64,000 nt of DNA, taken from positions 32,001-96,000 of IMG/VR virus record IMGVR_UViG_3300034073_002585. One strand, 5' to 3'. The translations under genes were made by a program, and so were the position numbers. A model generated the notes under the pieces. That model had not been told where the DNA came from and did no database searches. It worked only from the letters and a program-made list of their open reading frames with translations. The first letter of the stretch is position 1, and each line of letters opens with the position of its first letter. Of the stretch, positions 19,951 to 29,222 are shown piece after piece. The DNA is from a virus.

Positions 19951-20409
19951 ATGAGTATCTATGATGATGTTTCTACCTGGTACAAACAGCACTTATTGGA
20001 GACCCAAGGTGGTGAAGTATCAGGCAAATGGTCTGCTGAACTATTTATAGCAAAGACAAGTGTCCTTGCGTTTATAGACGTTCAACTTGCTGGAGATATT
20101 AAAAATATCTATACAGCAGATTCACACTTGAAGCAGAGATATAACAAACTTCAAGAAGTTGTCTTTCGTCTTGAGCAAGAAGCACAAGATTGTTGGCACA
20201 AACAAGGTTTACCAAGTTTGGAAGAGGTAAACCCTGAAGCTGAGAGAAAGTACAGAGAATTGGATTTCATAAAAAGTGAAAGAAGTAAATTTACTGAAGC
20301 CGTGATGGGCTGGTATCAGAATTCCGATGGTGATTTATTTCACTATGACGGAGTCATTTGGGACAAAATCCCAAAAGAAGCAATTCAAGAGCTAGAGTTC
20401 TTGGGATAG
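19951..20409 (+). CDS. hypothetical protein
   Basis: ORF, 152 aa. Confidence 0.65.
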   Translation: MSIYDDVSTWYKQHLLETQGGEVSGKWSAELFIAKTSVLAFIDVQLAGDIKNIYTADSHLKQRYNKLQEVVFRLEQEAQDCWHKQGLPSLEEVNPEAERKYRELDFIKSERSKFTEAVMGWYQNSDGDLFHYDGVIWDKIPKEAIQELEFLG

Positions 20410-20421
20410 GAAAGGCAATAG

Positions 20422-20775
20422 ATGATTAAAGCAAATGCAGGAAAGCTACGTGGAGTTCGCATTATGCGTGACCCAGCTGGAGTTCTGATTGACCCATTTA
20501 TCGATGACACTGGTATCCAGTATGGATATGTGATTGTTTATGGTGAAGAGCAGCCAGCGGTTTTTGATGGAACCGAGTGGCGTTCAATTATGGATGAAGA
20601 GGATTCGACTTGGGAAGACACCCTTGGCGACAGACTTCACACTCAGGCTCAGAAGATTATGGAGCTATCCACTACTGACCCAGTGTACGCTGAGCTAGCA
20701 AAGATTATGAATATCACTGTTAGTGTTGGTGCACCTGTTGCAGAAACAGTTATTGATTACGGAGCTAAGTCCTAA
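20422..20775 (+). CDS. hypothetical protein
   Basis: GGAAAGG RBS. Confidence 0.7.
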   Translation: MIKANAGKLRGVRIMRDPAGVLIDPFIDDTGIQYGYVIVYGEEQPAVFDGTEWRSIMDEEDSTWEDTLGDRLHTQAQKIMELSTTDPVYAELAKIMNITVSVGAPVAETVIDYGAKS

Positions 20776-20777
20776 TA

Positions 20778-21317
20778 ATGTCGATTATCGATTCCTTTGA
20801 TTTCTCTGAAGAAGAGATTCAAATAGTTAACGAAGCGGTAAGTGAGCCGCCTCGTAGGAACGATAAGCGTATCTGTATCTGTGGGCATCCAATGTCTAGA
20901 CATGCTCTAGACTCTGGTAAGTGTAGACCTGCTCGCTTTGACTGTGACTGCGTAAGAAAACATCCAGTGTTAGAAGTACCAAACACTAAGTATTTCTTGA
21001 GCAGAAGTGTAGGTTCAGGCGAAAAGCATGCACTATCTCGTGGAATTGTCATGGCCCAGAATGGGATGGGTGATAATTTCAACGAAAGAGCTAAGTGGTT
21101 AGTTGACATGGTTTGTGAAAACCCAGAGTGCAAAAAGCCAACAAAGCTCTACCCCGTTCGGGTAAACCGACACGCTTACCGAATTTACGACCACGACAAG
21201 GATGAAGGCGTTACAATGTTCTTCTGCGAATCGTGTCGTGAAGTCTACTGGGACAGCGATGAAGCTAGGGAAAAAACAACCAAGCTTATTCGTAGCGTCT
21301 CACCACCAAGTAACTAG
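20778..21317 (+). CDS. Cys-rich zinc-binding protein
   Basis: CICGH...C...CDC and CxxC motifs. Confidence 0.7.
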   Translation: MSIIDSFDFSEEEIQIVNEAVSEPPRRNDKRICICGHPMSRHALDSGKCRPARFDCDCVRKHPVLEVPNTKYFLSRSVGSGEKHALSRGIVMAQNGMGDNFNERAKWLVDMVCENPECKKPTKLYPVRVNRHAYRIYDHDKDEGVTMFFCESCREVYWDSDEAREKTTKLIRSVSPPSN

Positions 21318-21365
21318 CACATGCTAGTATTCAATAACCAAAACTAACGTTAGGAAAAATAAGTT

Positions 21366-21734
21366 ATGGCAAACATCTCAGCATGGGAGAAGTTCCGCAA
21401 GTCGGTAACTGGCTCCTACAGCGACAAGCTGAATCTGCAGATTGCTCAGGAGAAGGCAGCTGCAAAGGCTGCAACCATTGCGGCAGAACGAGCTAAGGCA
21501 GAAGCTGCTGCAAAGGCAAAGGCTCAAGCAGAAGCAGAAGCTGCTGCAAAGACCCCATCTCAGCCAAAGAAGCCAGCTGCAAAGAAGCTTCCAAAGGATG
21601 CCGATGGCGATGGAAAGATTTTTGATGGCACTGCTAAGGAGCAACCTGCTCCAAAGAAGCCAGCCGCAAAAAAGCCTGCTGCTCCAAAAACTCCAGCAAC
21701 TCCTACTAAGAAGGCAACACCTAAGAAGAAGTAG
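21366..21734 (+). CDS. Lys/Ala/Pro-rich histone-H1-like protein
   Basis: KKPAAKK repeats; DADGDG..DGT motif. Confidence 0.7.
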   Translation: MANISAWEKFRKSVTGSYSDKLNLQIAQEKAAAKAATIAAERAKAEAAAKAKAQAEAEAAAKTPSQPKKPAAKKLPKDADGDGKIFDGTAKEQPAPKKPAAKKPAAPKTPATPTKKATPKKK

Positions 21735-21918
21735 TGATAGAATAAAACTCCCACTGGGAGGAGCGAGCGGGAAGCTCGGGAAGAACTCCTCCTGGTGGGG
21801 ACCTAAAACTTAATAGTTTTTACTACGGGAGAGGTAGTAGAAAATAACCCAAGCTAGGGTTAGAAAAGCCGTCTCAGCATGTTATAGTGTTGAGGCGGTT
21901 TTTTGTTTGGAGGTGTTC

Positions 21919-22170
21919 ATGAAAGATGACTTAGTTAAGATTCAGCTCATTGCTGAAGAACTAGGGGTGACAGTCAAAACAATCTACAACTGGATATCTG
22001 TAAACAAACTATTCATGCCAAGACCAGGGTACGTTAGTCGAATCGATGCCTACGAAGTTTGGCTACAACAGCAGTCCTTAAAGAGCATCCGTTCATACTT
22101 CATGTCGGTTCAAGGTACTATTCGTGACCCTAATGGACGATTCAAATCGAAGAGGTCTAACGGGGAGTGA
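21919..22170 (+). CDS. HTH DNA-binding protein
   Basis: IAEELGVTVKTIYNWI; GGAGG RBS before ATG 21919. Confidence 0.75.
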   Translation: MKDDLVKIQLIAEELGVTVKTIYNWISVNKLFMPRPGYVSRIDAYEVWLQQQSLKSIRSYFMSVQGTIRDPNGRFKSKRSNGE

Positions 22171-22290
22171 AGTGGAGCAAAGTGGTTTCGTTGTTAATAA
22201 ACAGAGAAAACCCCCTCGCCCTCCCTCTCCTCGCGCAAAAAAACTTTTCAAAACAAATCAACAACTTTTCACTAACGTACAATAGTTGCT

Positions 22291-22893
22291 ATGTTTAAGA
22301 CTGATGACAGCGCAATTAAGCTTGCTGGAGAAATTTACCTATTTAAGAACTTTGCATCGCCCGAAGAATGTTCATCAATAGTCGCGTCGCTCGAAACATT
22401 CTCCCCAAACGGCTGGTCAAACGAAACAAACTACGACGAAACCTCAGAAGTTATCCCCCACCTTCAGGTAGTTAAGGGCGCTGACGTATTCGAACTGAAC
22501 AGGCGTCTATCAAATCTTGTTGCCCCAGACTTTGAACCACTACCCAATAGTTCCCTCAACCGACTATTAACTGGACAATCGCTGCAAGAACACTGGGACT
22601 CTCCTGGAGAGGACGCAGTTCTTCCTGACGATATCTCAGACCCATACCACACCTGCCACATAGTTAAGTACGGCGCAGTTGTTTATCTATCTGAATTTGA
22701 GGGCGGCGAGATTTACTACAGCGAACAAGGAATTGAATATAAACCAGAAGTTGGTGACCTGGTAATTCACTCCTCATTCCCAGACTATAAGCACGGTGTT
22801 CGTGAAGTCACTAGTGGCGTCCGCTATGTTTACTCAACCTTCCTAATTGATAAAGGGCGCGTAGAACTGCCGTCCCTAGCCAAGGAAGGCTAA
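22291..22893 (+). CDS. prolyl-4-hydroxylase-like 2OG-Fe(II) oxygenase
   Basis: HWD, VYLS.FEGGE, HGVREVTSGVRY. Confidence 0.85.
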   Translation: MFKTDDSAIKLAGEIYLFKNFASPEECSSIVASLETFSPNGWSNETNYDETSEVIPHLQVVKGADVFELNRRLSNLVAPDFEPLPNSSLNRLLTGQSLQEHWDSPGEDAVLPDDISDPYHTCHIVKYGAVVYLSEFEGGEIYYSEQGIEYKPEVGDLVIHSSFPDYKHGVREVTSGVRYVYSTFLIDKGRVELPSLAKEG

Positions 22894-23028
22894 TCAACCG
22901 ATGAAACTTACCCTACAATTGATGGAGAAGGCGGCCCGTTTACAGTCCTCTCCCCAGTTAAGCGGGTCGTCTTCCCTATTGACGGCCGTTCGCTCTAAGA
23001 GAAATCACTTGACAGAAAACGGTTACAT

Positions 23029-23949
23029 ATGCTAGAATCTAAAAACGGCGAGCTACAACAAGTAGACCTCGATACTTTAGTTATCGACACCCCAGTAACG
23101 GCCCGCGCTGACTTATCCGAGCTCGGTATTGAAGAGCTCGACCGTGGTGTTTGTGAAGACACGTTCGAGAACCGCGCAATCCTTAGACGGTCTAAGCTCA
23201 TCTGGGAAGCTGTCTATACTCAAGACGGACAGATAAGCGGCCTGTTGAAGGTAAGGTCCGCTGATTCAGTCCGCGAGCGCCGAATCCAATCGTTGTCTGA
23301 GAAGAGACCGATACTGGTTACCCCATCAGACAATAACTCTGACTACCTAACGGGTCTTGACCTACTAGCTGAAGAAGCTTCCGACTACCTGGTTCCACCT
23401 TGGGTTGTACATGCCACACGGTTGTACTTGAAGGAACAAGAAGAAGGACACAACAACCCAAAGAGACAGCCGCTCGCTCAACCGCATCGCTGCAGATATG
23501 TGAAGCATGATGGAATCCGATGCATGCTTTGGGGTTCGGGGCGTCCAAAGGATGACGGCCTGTGCCGAGTACACTTAAGAAGTTCGAAGCACAAGACTTC
23601 CGACGACATCGAACGAGCTCGTGAAAAGTTGATGCAAGCTGCACCGTTTGCTGTTGACAAGTTGGAAGAGTTGATGGAATTTGCAGAGAGTGAGCCTGTA
23701 AAGTTAAAAGCAGCAACCGAGATTCTTGACCGCGCTGGAGTTCGAGGCGGCGTGGAGATTGACACCACGGTTAATGTTGACGTGCGGCCTGCTGCACAAA
23801 TCATTGCTGAACGGCTCGAGCGTCTAACATTAGGCGCTGCCACTGCAGCCAGACTTTTAACTAACGACGGCGTGGATGTAGTTGATGCTGAAGTTGTTGA
23901 AGAAACCGAGGAACGGCCCGCGGTACCTACAAACCAGGAAGAGAAGTAA
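23029..23949 (+). CDS. putative terminase small subunit
   Basis: C..C...LCRVH zinc finger followed by A.E.L...VKLKAATEILDRAG and a DAEVVE tail, typical of actinophage TerS-like proteins. Confidence 0.55.
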   Translation: MLESKNGELQQVDLDTLVIDTPVTARADLSELGIEELDRGVCEDTFENRAILRRSKLIWEAVYTQDGQISGLLKVRSADSVRERRIQSLSEKRPILVTPSDNNSDYLTGLDLLAEEASDYLVPPWVVHATRLYLKEQEEGHNNPKRQPLAQPHRCRYVKHDGIRCMLWGSGRPKDDGLCRVHLRSSKHKTSDDIERAREKLMQAAPFAVDKLEELMEFAESEPVKLKAATEILDRAGVRGGVEIDTTVNVDVRPAAQIIAERLERLTLGAATAARLLTNDGVDVVDAEVVEETEERPAVPTNQEEK

Positions 23950-23952
23950 CGG

Positions 23953-24240
23953 ATGTCAAACGGGAGAGATTTCATCGCAATCATTGAAGCGGCCCGCGCT
24001 CACTACATAAACCTGACCGCTGACATCAGCAATGCTAAGGACCGCGTCGAGCACATTCGACTAACCGCTCTTGCTCAAGAAGCACATAACCTCCTGGGTG
24101 ATTTGCTAGCATTCGAAACGGGTCTCGTTTACACACACAGTGCAGGAAGAGTTCATGAGCAGATGGCTGAACGGGCGTCTACTGAAACGCCTCTAGACAT
24201 CCCAGACTTTAAATCTCCATATGACCCGAGGAACCTGTAG
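23953..24240 (+). CDS. hypothetical protein
   Basis: ORF, 95 aa. Confidence 0.6.
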   Translation: MSNGRDFIAIIEAARAHYINLTADISNAKDRVEHIRLTALAQEAHNLLGDLLAFETGLVYTHSAGRVHEQMAERASTETPLDIPDFKSPYDPRNL

Positions 24241-24249
24241 ACTAGTTTC

Positions 24250-25104
24250 ATGAAACTCAGAAAAACTCAGGACCCAGCAGCTGCGGCAGAACTTTTCATT
24301 AAAACTGCACAGCAGTACTTGGGCTACACTGTTGACCTGGGCGGCCGAAACATCTTTGGCCAGAAGGTTGGTTACGACGCAGAGCCATGGGCTGGAGCAT
24401 TTGTTGATGTCTGCGCCAGGGAGGCAGGCCTCCAGCTGCCAAGTTTTACGTATACTGGAGCGGCGCTCGCAGAATTCATTCGCAGCGGAAACTTTTCACG
24501 AGAAGCACAGCCTGGCAGCATTGCTGTGTTCAACTTTTCATCAAATGTTGGACATGCGGCGGACTCTTTCTCAATGCCACACTGTGGGATTGTTGTTGAT
24601 GTCCGCGAGTTCCAGGACACTGGGAGATTCATTACTGTTGAAGGCAACACTGAAGGTAGCGGCGTTTATCAAAAGAAAGACGGCGTGCACCAGAAAGTGC
24701 GCAGCATCAACGATGTAATTATTTTTTGTTTACCGTACGCAGCGGGCGGCCAAACTTTTAACGAAAGATTAATTAAGCTCCTGGACCGCGGCCGCACAAA
24801 GTTTGACGGCTCGGATATCGAAGTCATCAACGAAGCGGCGAGCGCCGTTCAATCGCTGAAGCTTGATAAAGAGATAAAGCACGGTGACCGTAACAAGAAG
24901 ATAGAAATCATCCAGCTAGCGCTAGCAACAGTGACGGACCTGCGCGGAGCTGAACCAGGTAAGTGGGACGCAATAACAGCAGCGGCCTGCTCAAGGTATC
25001 AACGGATGATAGGATATGTAGGTAAAGACGCGAGCGGCCTGCCAGACGTAAACACGCTGAGACGGTTAGCTCGCGAGACAGGACTGTTCAGACTCGATGC
25101 TTGA
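24250..25104 (+). CDS. CHAP-like amidase with peptidoglycan-binding domain
   Basis: PWAGAFV, HCGIV, TVEGNT; the usual catalytic Cys of PWC appears replaced by Ala. Confidence 0.7.
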   Translation: MKLRKTQDPAAAAELFIKTAQQYLGYTVDLGGRNIFGQKVGYDAEPWAGAFVDVCAREAGLQLPSFTYTGAALAEFIRSGNFSREAQPGSIAVFNFSSNVGHAADSFSMPHCGIVVDVREFQDTGRFITVEGNTEGSGVYQKKDGVHQKVRSINDVIIFCLPYAAGGQTFNERLIKLLDRGRTKFDGSDIEVINEAASAVQSLKLDKEIKHGDRNKKIEIIQLALATVTDLRGAEPGKWDAITAAACSRYQRMIGYVGKDASGLPDVNTLRRLARETGLFRLDA

Positions 25105-25306
25105 CGACATAACGGGTACCAGGGAAGCTCATCACTACCCAGAGCATGGGAGTAATGTCATCATGACGGTGTACACCAAGTGCCCCACCAAGTGGTTGCT
25201 CGTCGACCGAGAGACTGGACAGGTCTACCAGGGGTCTCCTCATGGTGATTGGGACAAACTTATCCCGCGGGTTGATGAGACTAAAAAGAAGGATTTCAAT
25301 GCTTAA
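25097..25306 (+). CDS. hypothetical protein
   Basis: TKCPTKWLLVDRETGQVY conserved-looking segment. Confidence 0.6.
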   Translation: MLDDITGTREAHHYPEHGSNVIMTVYTKCPTKWLLVDRETGQVYQGSPHGDWDKLIPRVDETKKKDFNA

Positions 25307-25649
25307 AGAATTTAATCTTGCTGACTACAAGTACGAAGAGAACGACATGCCATGGGAGGTGTGGAAGTCTTCCTTCTTGCCAACTAAGAACATCTTTAAA
25401 CCAGGCGGACCTCTAGATGGGTTCTTGTTCATTCATGAAGGCATTGACTGGAACTACGTTGTTGGCCAGTATGTTCAAAAGTTATGGACCCTCATCGAAG
25501 AAGATGGAAAGTTTTATCTGACTAATGGTCTCTACGTAAAGGGCCGAGTTGGCTACGTAGTGTGCGAAAGAATGCACAACCCTCGAGAAATCTTTAAAGT
25601 GCGGATACCAGAATCTTTCATTGAAAGTCTGCCGCCAAGGGAGCACTAA
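25299..25649 (+). CDS. hypothetical protein
   Basis: Likely start MLKEF overlapping the previous stop. Confidence 0.6.
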   Translation: MLKEFNLADYKYEENDMPWEVWKSSFLPTKNIFKPGGPLDGFLFIHEGIDWNYVVGQYVQKLWTLIEEDGKFYLTNGLYVKGRVGYVVCERMHNPREIFKVRIPESFIESLPPREH

Positions 25650-26008
25650 TGTCTGATGACCAGACCACTGCTGAACAGTTCGCGCAGCGACTGGAGACAG
25701 CAAAAGAAGTAAATCAAACTTTAGCTCAATGTTTAAAAGATGGCCTGGCGGCGGACAATGAACTAGTTCAGCAAACCATCGGCAAGCACTACGAGTGGAT
25801 GAAAGAAATCACAATCCACGGCGGGCCCACCATCTACCGTCTTCTTGCTAAGCACATGCGCAATGACGAGAGATACGCCAGGATTTACGACGAGTACTAT
25901 GCTGAAGGCCTGACCGAGTTCATGGCTGCAGCAATTGATGTCTTTGCTGAAACTCTTACGGAAGATGACAGCAGCGGCGTGCACACTTCTGACCATCAGA
26001 ACATATAA
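25649..26008 (+). CDS. stand-alone TipAS antibiotic-recognition domain protein
   Basis: VQQ...HYEW...YRLLA.....DERY...YD....GLTEFMAAAI matches the TipAS pattern. Confidence 0.7.
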   Translation: MSDDQTTAEQFAQRLETAKEVNQTLAQCLKDGLAADNELVQQTIGKHYEWMKEITIHGGPTIYRLLAKHMRNDERYARIYDEYYAEGLTEFMAAAIDVFAETLTEDDSSGVHTSDHQNI

Positions 26009-26057
26009 CCGCGAGCGCCGATTTGCATCATCGGCCTGCCCTAGGTACACTAACGGC

Positions 26058-26477
26058 ATGCGCCTTGTTACCGCCCCTGAAGCAGCACGCGAGCTGTACA
26101 TCTCGATAGGCCTGCTCCACTACTGGATTCGAACGGGTCGACTCCAGAAGCACCCATACCCGCTAGCTGCGTCTACAGCAAAGGTCCGCAAGAAGACGGT
26201 GTCTCATCGACGCTTCATGGTTGATATAGACCAGGTCCGCAAACTCAGGCGGGCAGATGCTGAAGACCAGGTAAAACTTTTAAACAGTGATAAAAGATTG
26301 CTGCGGCCGCAAGAAGTCGCGAAGATTCTTGGCGTCACAGTTCAGAGGGTCTACCAGTGGGTGGCCCGCTATGAGCTAACCAAGTACAAAACAGGTTCTG
26401 ATACTTGCTACCTCGTTGATGGTGATGAGCTAGCTGACGCCCTTGAAGCAAATGGACTTGGTTATTTGGTGAAGTAG
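26058..26477 (+). CDS. tandem HTH DNA-binding protein
   Basis: Two HTH_17-like motifs; TACACT 6 nt before ATG 26058. Confidence 0.7.
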   Translation: MRLVTAPEAARELYISIGLLHYWIRTGRLQKHPYPLAASTAKVRKKTVSHRRFMVDIDQVRKLRRADAEDQVKLLNSDKRLLRPQEVAKILGVTVQRVYQWVARYELTKYKTGSDTCYLVDGDELADALEANGLGYLVK

Positions 26478-26677
26478 TGCTATAGTTAACTTCATGAAGG
26501 AATTCAGATACAGACTGCTGCCCGAGGCAGCGCTCCAGGCCTACACTGAAAATGGAATGCCAATAACTTTTGATGAAAAGTTATTAAACGGCGAGCTCAT
26601 TATCCAAGCTGAAGACCAGGAAACTGCCGATAAGTTTCGGATGACTTGTACCGACATACGGATGTGGGTTACCTCAG

Positions 26678-26956
26678 ATGAGTAGCTGCGGGTGCCAGGA
26701 CTATAGGTTCTTTAAATGTTTAGACTGTGCGGCGTGTACTCTGTGTATCGGCGAGTACTACATGGTGCACGACTCAGTCTGGGACCAGGTCGCTGACCGA
26801 GGTATGCTGTGTATCGGATGCCTAGAGGAACGGCTCGGGAAGCAGCTGAACGGTAGTGACTTTACGCTGTGCCCTTTAAATATAGGCAACATCTTTAACG
26901 GCTCGGCCAGACTCCAGGCCCGCATTGACATTCCACGAGAGTACCTAGTAGGGTAA
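26678..26956 (+). CDS. Cys-rich phage protein
   Basis: YMVHDSVW...LCIGCLEERLG..L...DF. Confidence 0.7.
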   Translation: MSSCGCQDYRFFKCLDCAACTLCIGEYYMVHDSVWDQVADRGMLCIGCLEERLGKQLNGSDFTLCPLNIGNIFNGSARLQARIDIPREYLVG

Positions 26957-26995
26957 CTCTAATCGCATAACGGCGTGCGCTGTATCCTAGTAAGC

Positions 26996-27298
26996 ATGCG
27001 CTCACTGGAAGTACACGTATTCGAAACCGACACGGACCTAGATAACGCATTGCGTGCTGGAATCGTGTTACCTGAACAAATAGCAAGAACCGCATGCGTT
27101 GAATGCGGCCAACCCATCTGCTTCTCGAGCACTCCGACCTTCTGTCCATTCGTACTCATCATTGACGAGAACGACCAAGACTGGACCTTGTGCGAAGACT
27201 GCGCTAGCCCAATCATTGACTACGTAGACGCCTTCTTTCCACCTGTAGTGAAAAGTCACTTCGAACCTCTCGACACTGACGAATACGATTTCTTTTAG
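26996..27298 (+). CDS. hypothetical zinc-binding protein
   Basis: CxxC...CxxC; start uncertain. Confidence 0.55.
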   Translation: MRSLEVHVFETDTDLDNALRAGIVLPEQIARTACVECGQPICFSSTPTFCPFVLIIDENDQDWTLCEDCASPIIDYVDAFFPPVVKSHFEPLDTDEYDFF

Positions 27299-27392
27299 TT
27301 GTATTTATTTTTTGTTCGACACGCCTAAAAAGATTTCATAATGTCTGCCTACCCTGCTATTGTTTAGGTAACAACCAAAGGGAGGTGACAAA

Positions 27393-27674
27393 TTGACAAA
27401 GCGAATCTACTGGGCAGACATCATTGAGTGCGAGGACCAGCTATTCGAGAGCCTTGACGCTCTTATCGCAGTAGCAACTGAAACACCAGAGTGTTTCTAT
27501 TCTTACTGGGACCACAACAACGAAATTGTTAGCGTTGGAGTAAACGACAACATGGAGTTGGAAATCACCTATTCATCTATCGAAGACGAAGATGAGGAAG
27601 GCAACGACATTCGAGTAGACACAACTGACACCTTCAGGTACAAACACTCTAAAGAACTAGCAGTTCTGGTTTAG
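27393..27674 (+). CDS. acidic early protein
   Basis: GGGAGG RBS; very D/E rich. Confidence 0.7.
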   Translation: MTKRIYWADIIECEDQLFESLDALIAVATETPECFYSYWDHNNEIVSVGVNDNMELEITYSSIEDEDEEGNDIRVDTTDTFRYKHSKELAVLV

Positions 27675-27820
27675 TTCTCCCGACCTGAGCAAGTCTATAA
27701 ACTGCTCACTTTTTCTATTCAGACTCTGTATTTATTTTTTGTCCAACACGCCGATAAAAAGTTTGACGATAAGACAGAATCTGGTAAAGTTTGATTACCA
27801 CAAAGAAAGGGGTTACCCAA

Positions 27821-28339
27821 ATGGGTATGGATGTTTATGGGAAGAACCCAGCCAGCGAGGTTGGACACTACTTCCGCCGTAATGTATGGGGATGGCATCC
27901 TCTATGGGAGTTCGTAGAGAATGTTCACCCAGAGATTGCCGAGTTGGTAGAACACGCACACTCAAACGATGGGGATGGGCTTGATGCCGAGAACTCATCT
28001 GCTCTCGCAAAACTTCTAATGGAAGATTACGAGTCTGGCAAAGTTTCCGAGTATGTAGTGGAACGCAACAAGGCTATCTCCGAAATGGAAATGCCTACTT
28101 GTCACATTTGCGAGGGAACAGGTATTCGTTCCGACCAACTCGGAATCGAGAATGGGCAAACAGAAAAAGAGTTGCCTGCCGACATAGCCATAATTGTTGG
28201 TCGCACCAAGGGTTGGTGTAATGGCTGTAATGGCGTTGGCAAGACTGAGCCTTGGGAAGCAAGTTACTACCTTGAGCCTGAAGATGTAAAAGAGTTTGCC
28301 GAGTTCTTAGCAGAGTGCGGTGGCTTTGAGATTTGCTAA
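27821..28339 (+). CDS. early protein with DnaJ-type zinc finger
   Basis: CHICEGTG and CNGCNGVG; AAAGGGG RBS. Confidence 0.75.
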   Translation: MGMDVYGKNPASEVGHYFRRNVWGWHPLWEFVENVHPEIAELVEHAHSNDGDGLDAENSSALAKLLMEDYESGKVSEYVVERNKAISEMEMPTCHICEGTGIRSDQLGIENGQTEKELPADIAIIVGRTKGWCNGCNGVGKTEPWEASYYLEPEDVKEFAEFLAECGGFEIC

Positions 28340-28571
28340 CCCTAGCAACAGCCTGAGTATGCTGTAAAAACTTACTACCTCACCTGAGCCAAGTGAAGGA
28401 TAAACTGGCTCATTTTTTACTTCAATAGTTGTATTTATTTTTTGTTTAGTTAGAGCAGGGCGTTACCAATTTGTTATCAAACTTTTTACGAAACAATTTG
28501 ACATGATGTAAAAACTCTGATTTACTTTCCTTGTAGCAAACGCTACGACACAACACGAAAGGGGTAGCCAA

Positions 28572-29183
28572 ATGGCAACCACAGCAACACCAAAGATTGT
28601 AGGCAAGGCACTTTACCTTGAACTAATCGCAGACCCAAGCCTAGATTCAGAAAAGGCTCGTTCAATTCTTGGTTGGTATGGCGACAAGGCAACCAAGCAG
28701 ATTATCGTATTTCCGCAGTATCAGGACGACACAGGTAAAGTCTTTGAGGCGGTAGTTATGAGCAGGACGATTTCCGAATACTCGCCGAGGGCACAATGGG
28801 ACAGCACTTACTTGGACAGAGCCCTAGCCAAAGCAAAAGACCTAGAATCCACGAATCACATGGGATACACAGACTACCCAAACTATTCAAGAACAGAGTG
28901 GGATTCTGTAACAGAGCGAGAGAAGTATGAGGCACGCAAGCGTTCCCTTGAACTAATCCTACGCCGAGAGTTGCTTGGCACAACTTACGAGGGTGAGGGT
29001 GACGAGCGTAAGTCTGTCGCTAAGCAGGGTTGGGTAGTTCGTGACGACAAGCCATTCTCGGTAGAAGTTACTGACCAAGACCTACTTGAACTTCACAGGG
29101 ATTGGAAAACACCACAGGCGGTTATTCGCCGAATCAACAAAGTTCGTGATTCACTTGACAAGTTTCCTAAGAAACTAGCATAA
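28572..29183 (+). CDS. hypothetical early protein
   Basis: TTGACA promoter at about 28498; AAAGGGG RBS. Confidence 0.75.
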   Translation: MATTATPKIVGKALYLELIADPSLDSEKARSILGWYGDKATKQIIVFPQYQDDTGKVFEAVVMSRTISEYSPRAQWDSTYLDRALAKAKDLESTNHMGYTDYPNYSRTEWDSVTEREKYEARKRSLELILRRELLGTTYEGEGDERKSVAKQGWVVRDDKPFSVEVTDQDLLELHRDWKTPQAVIRRINKVRDSLDKFPKKLA

Positions 29184-29222
29184 TTCAAGTAGATACTGAC
29201 ACAACAGGAAAAGAGGGACACC

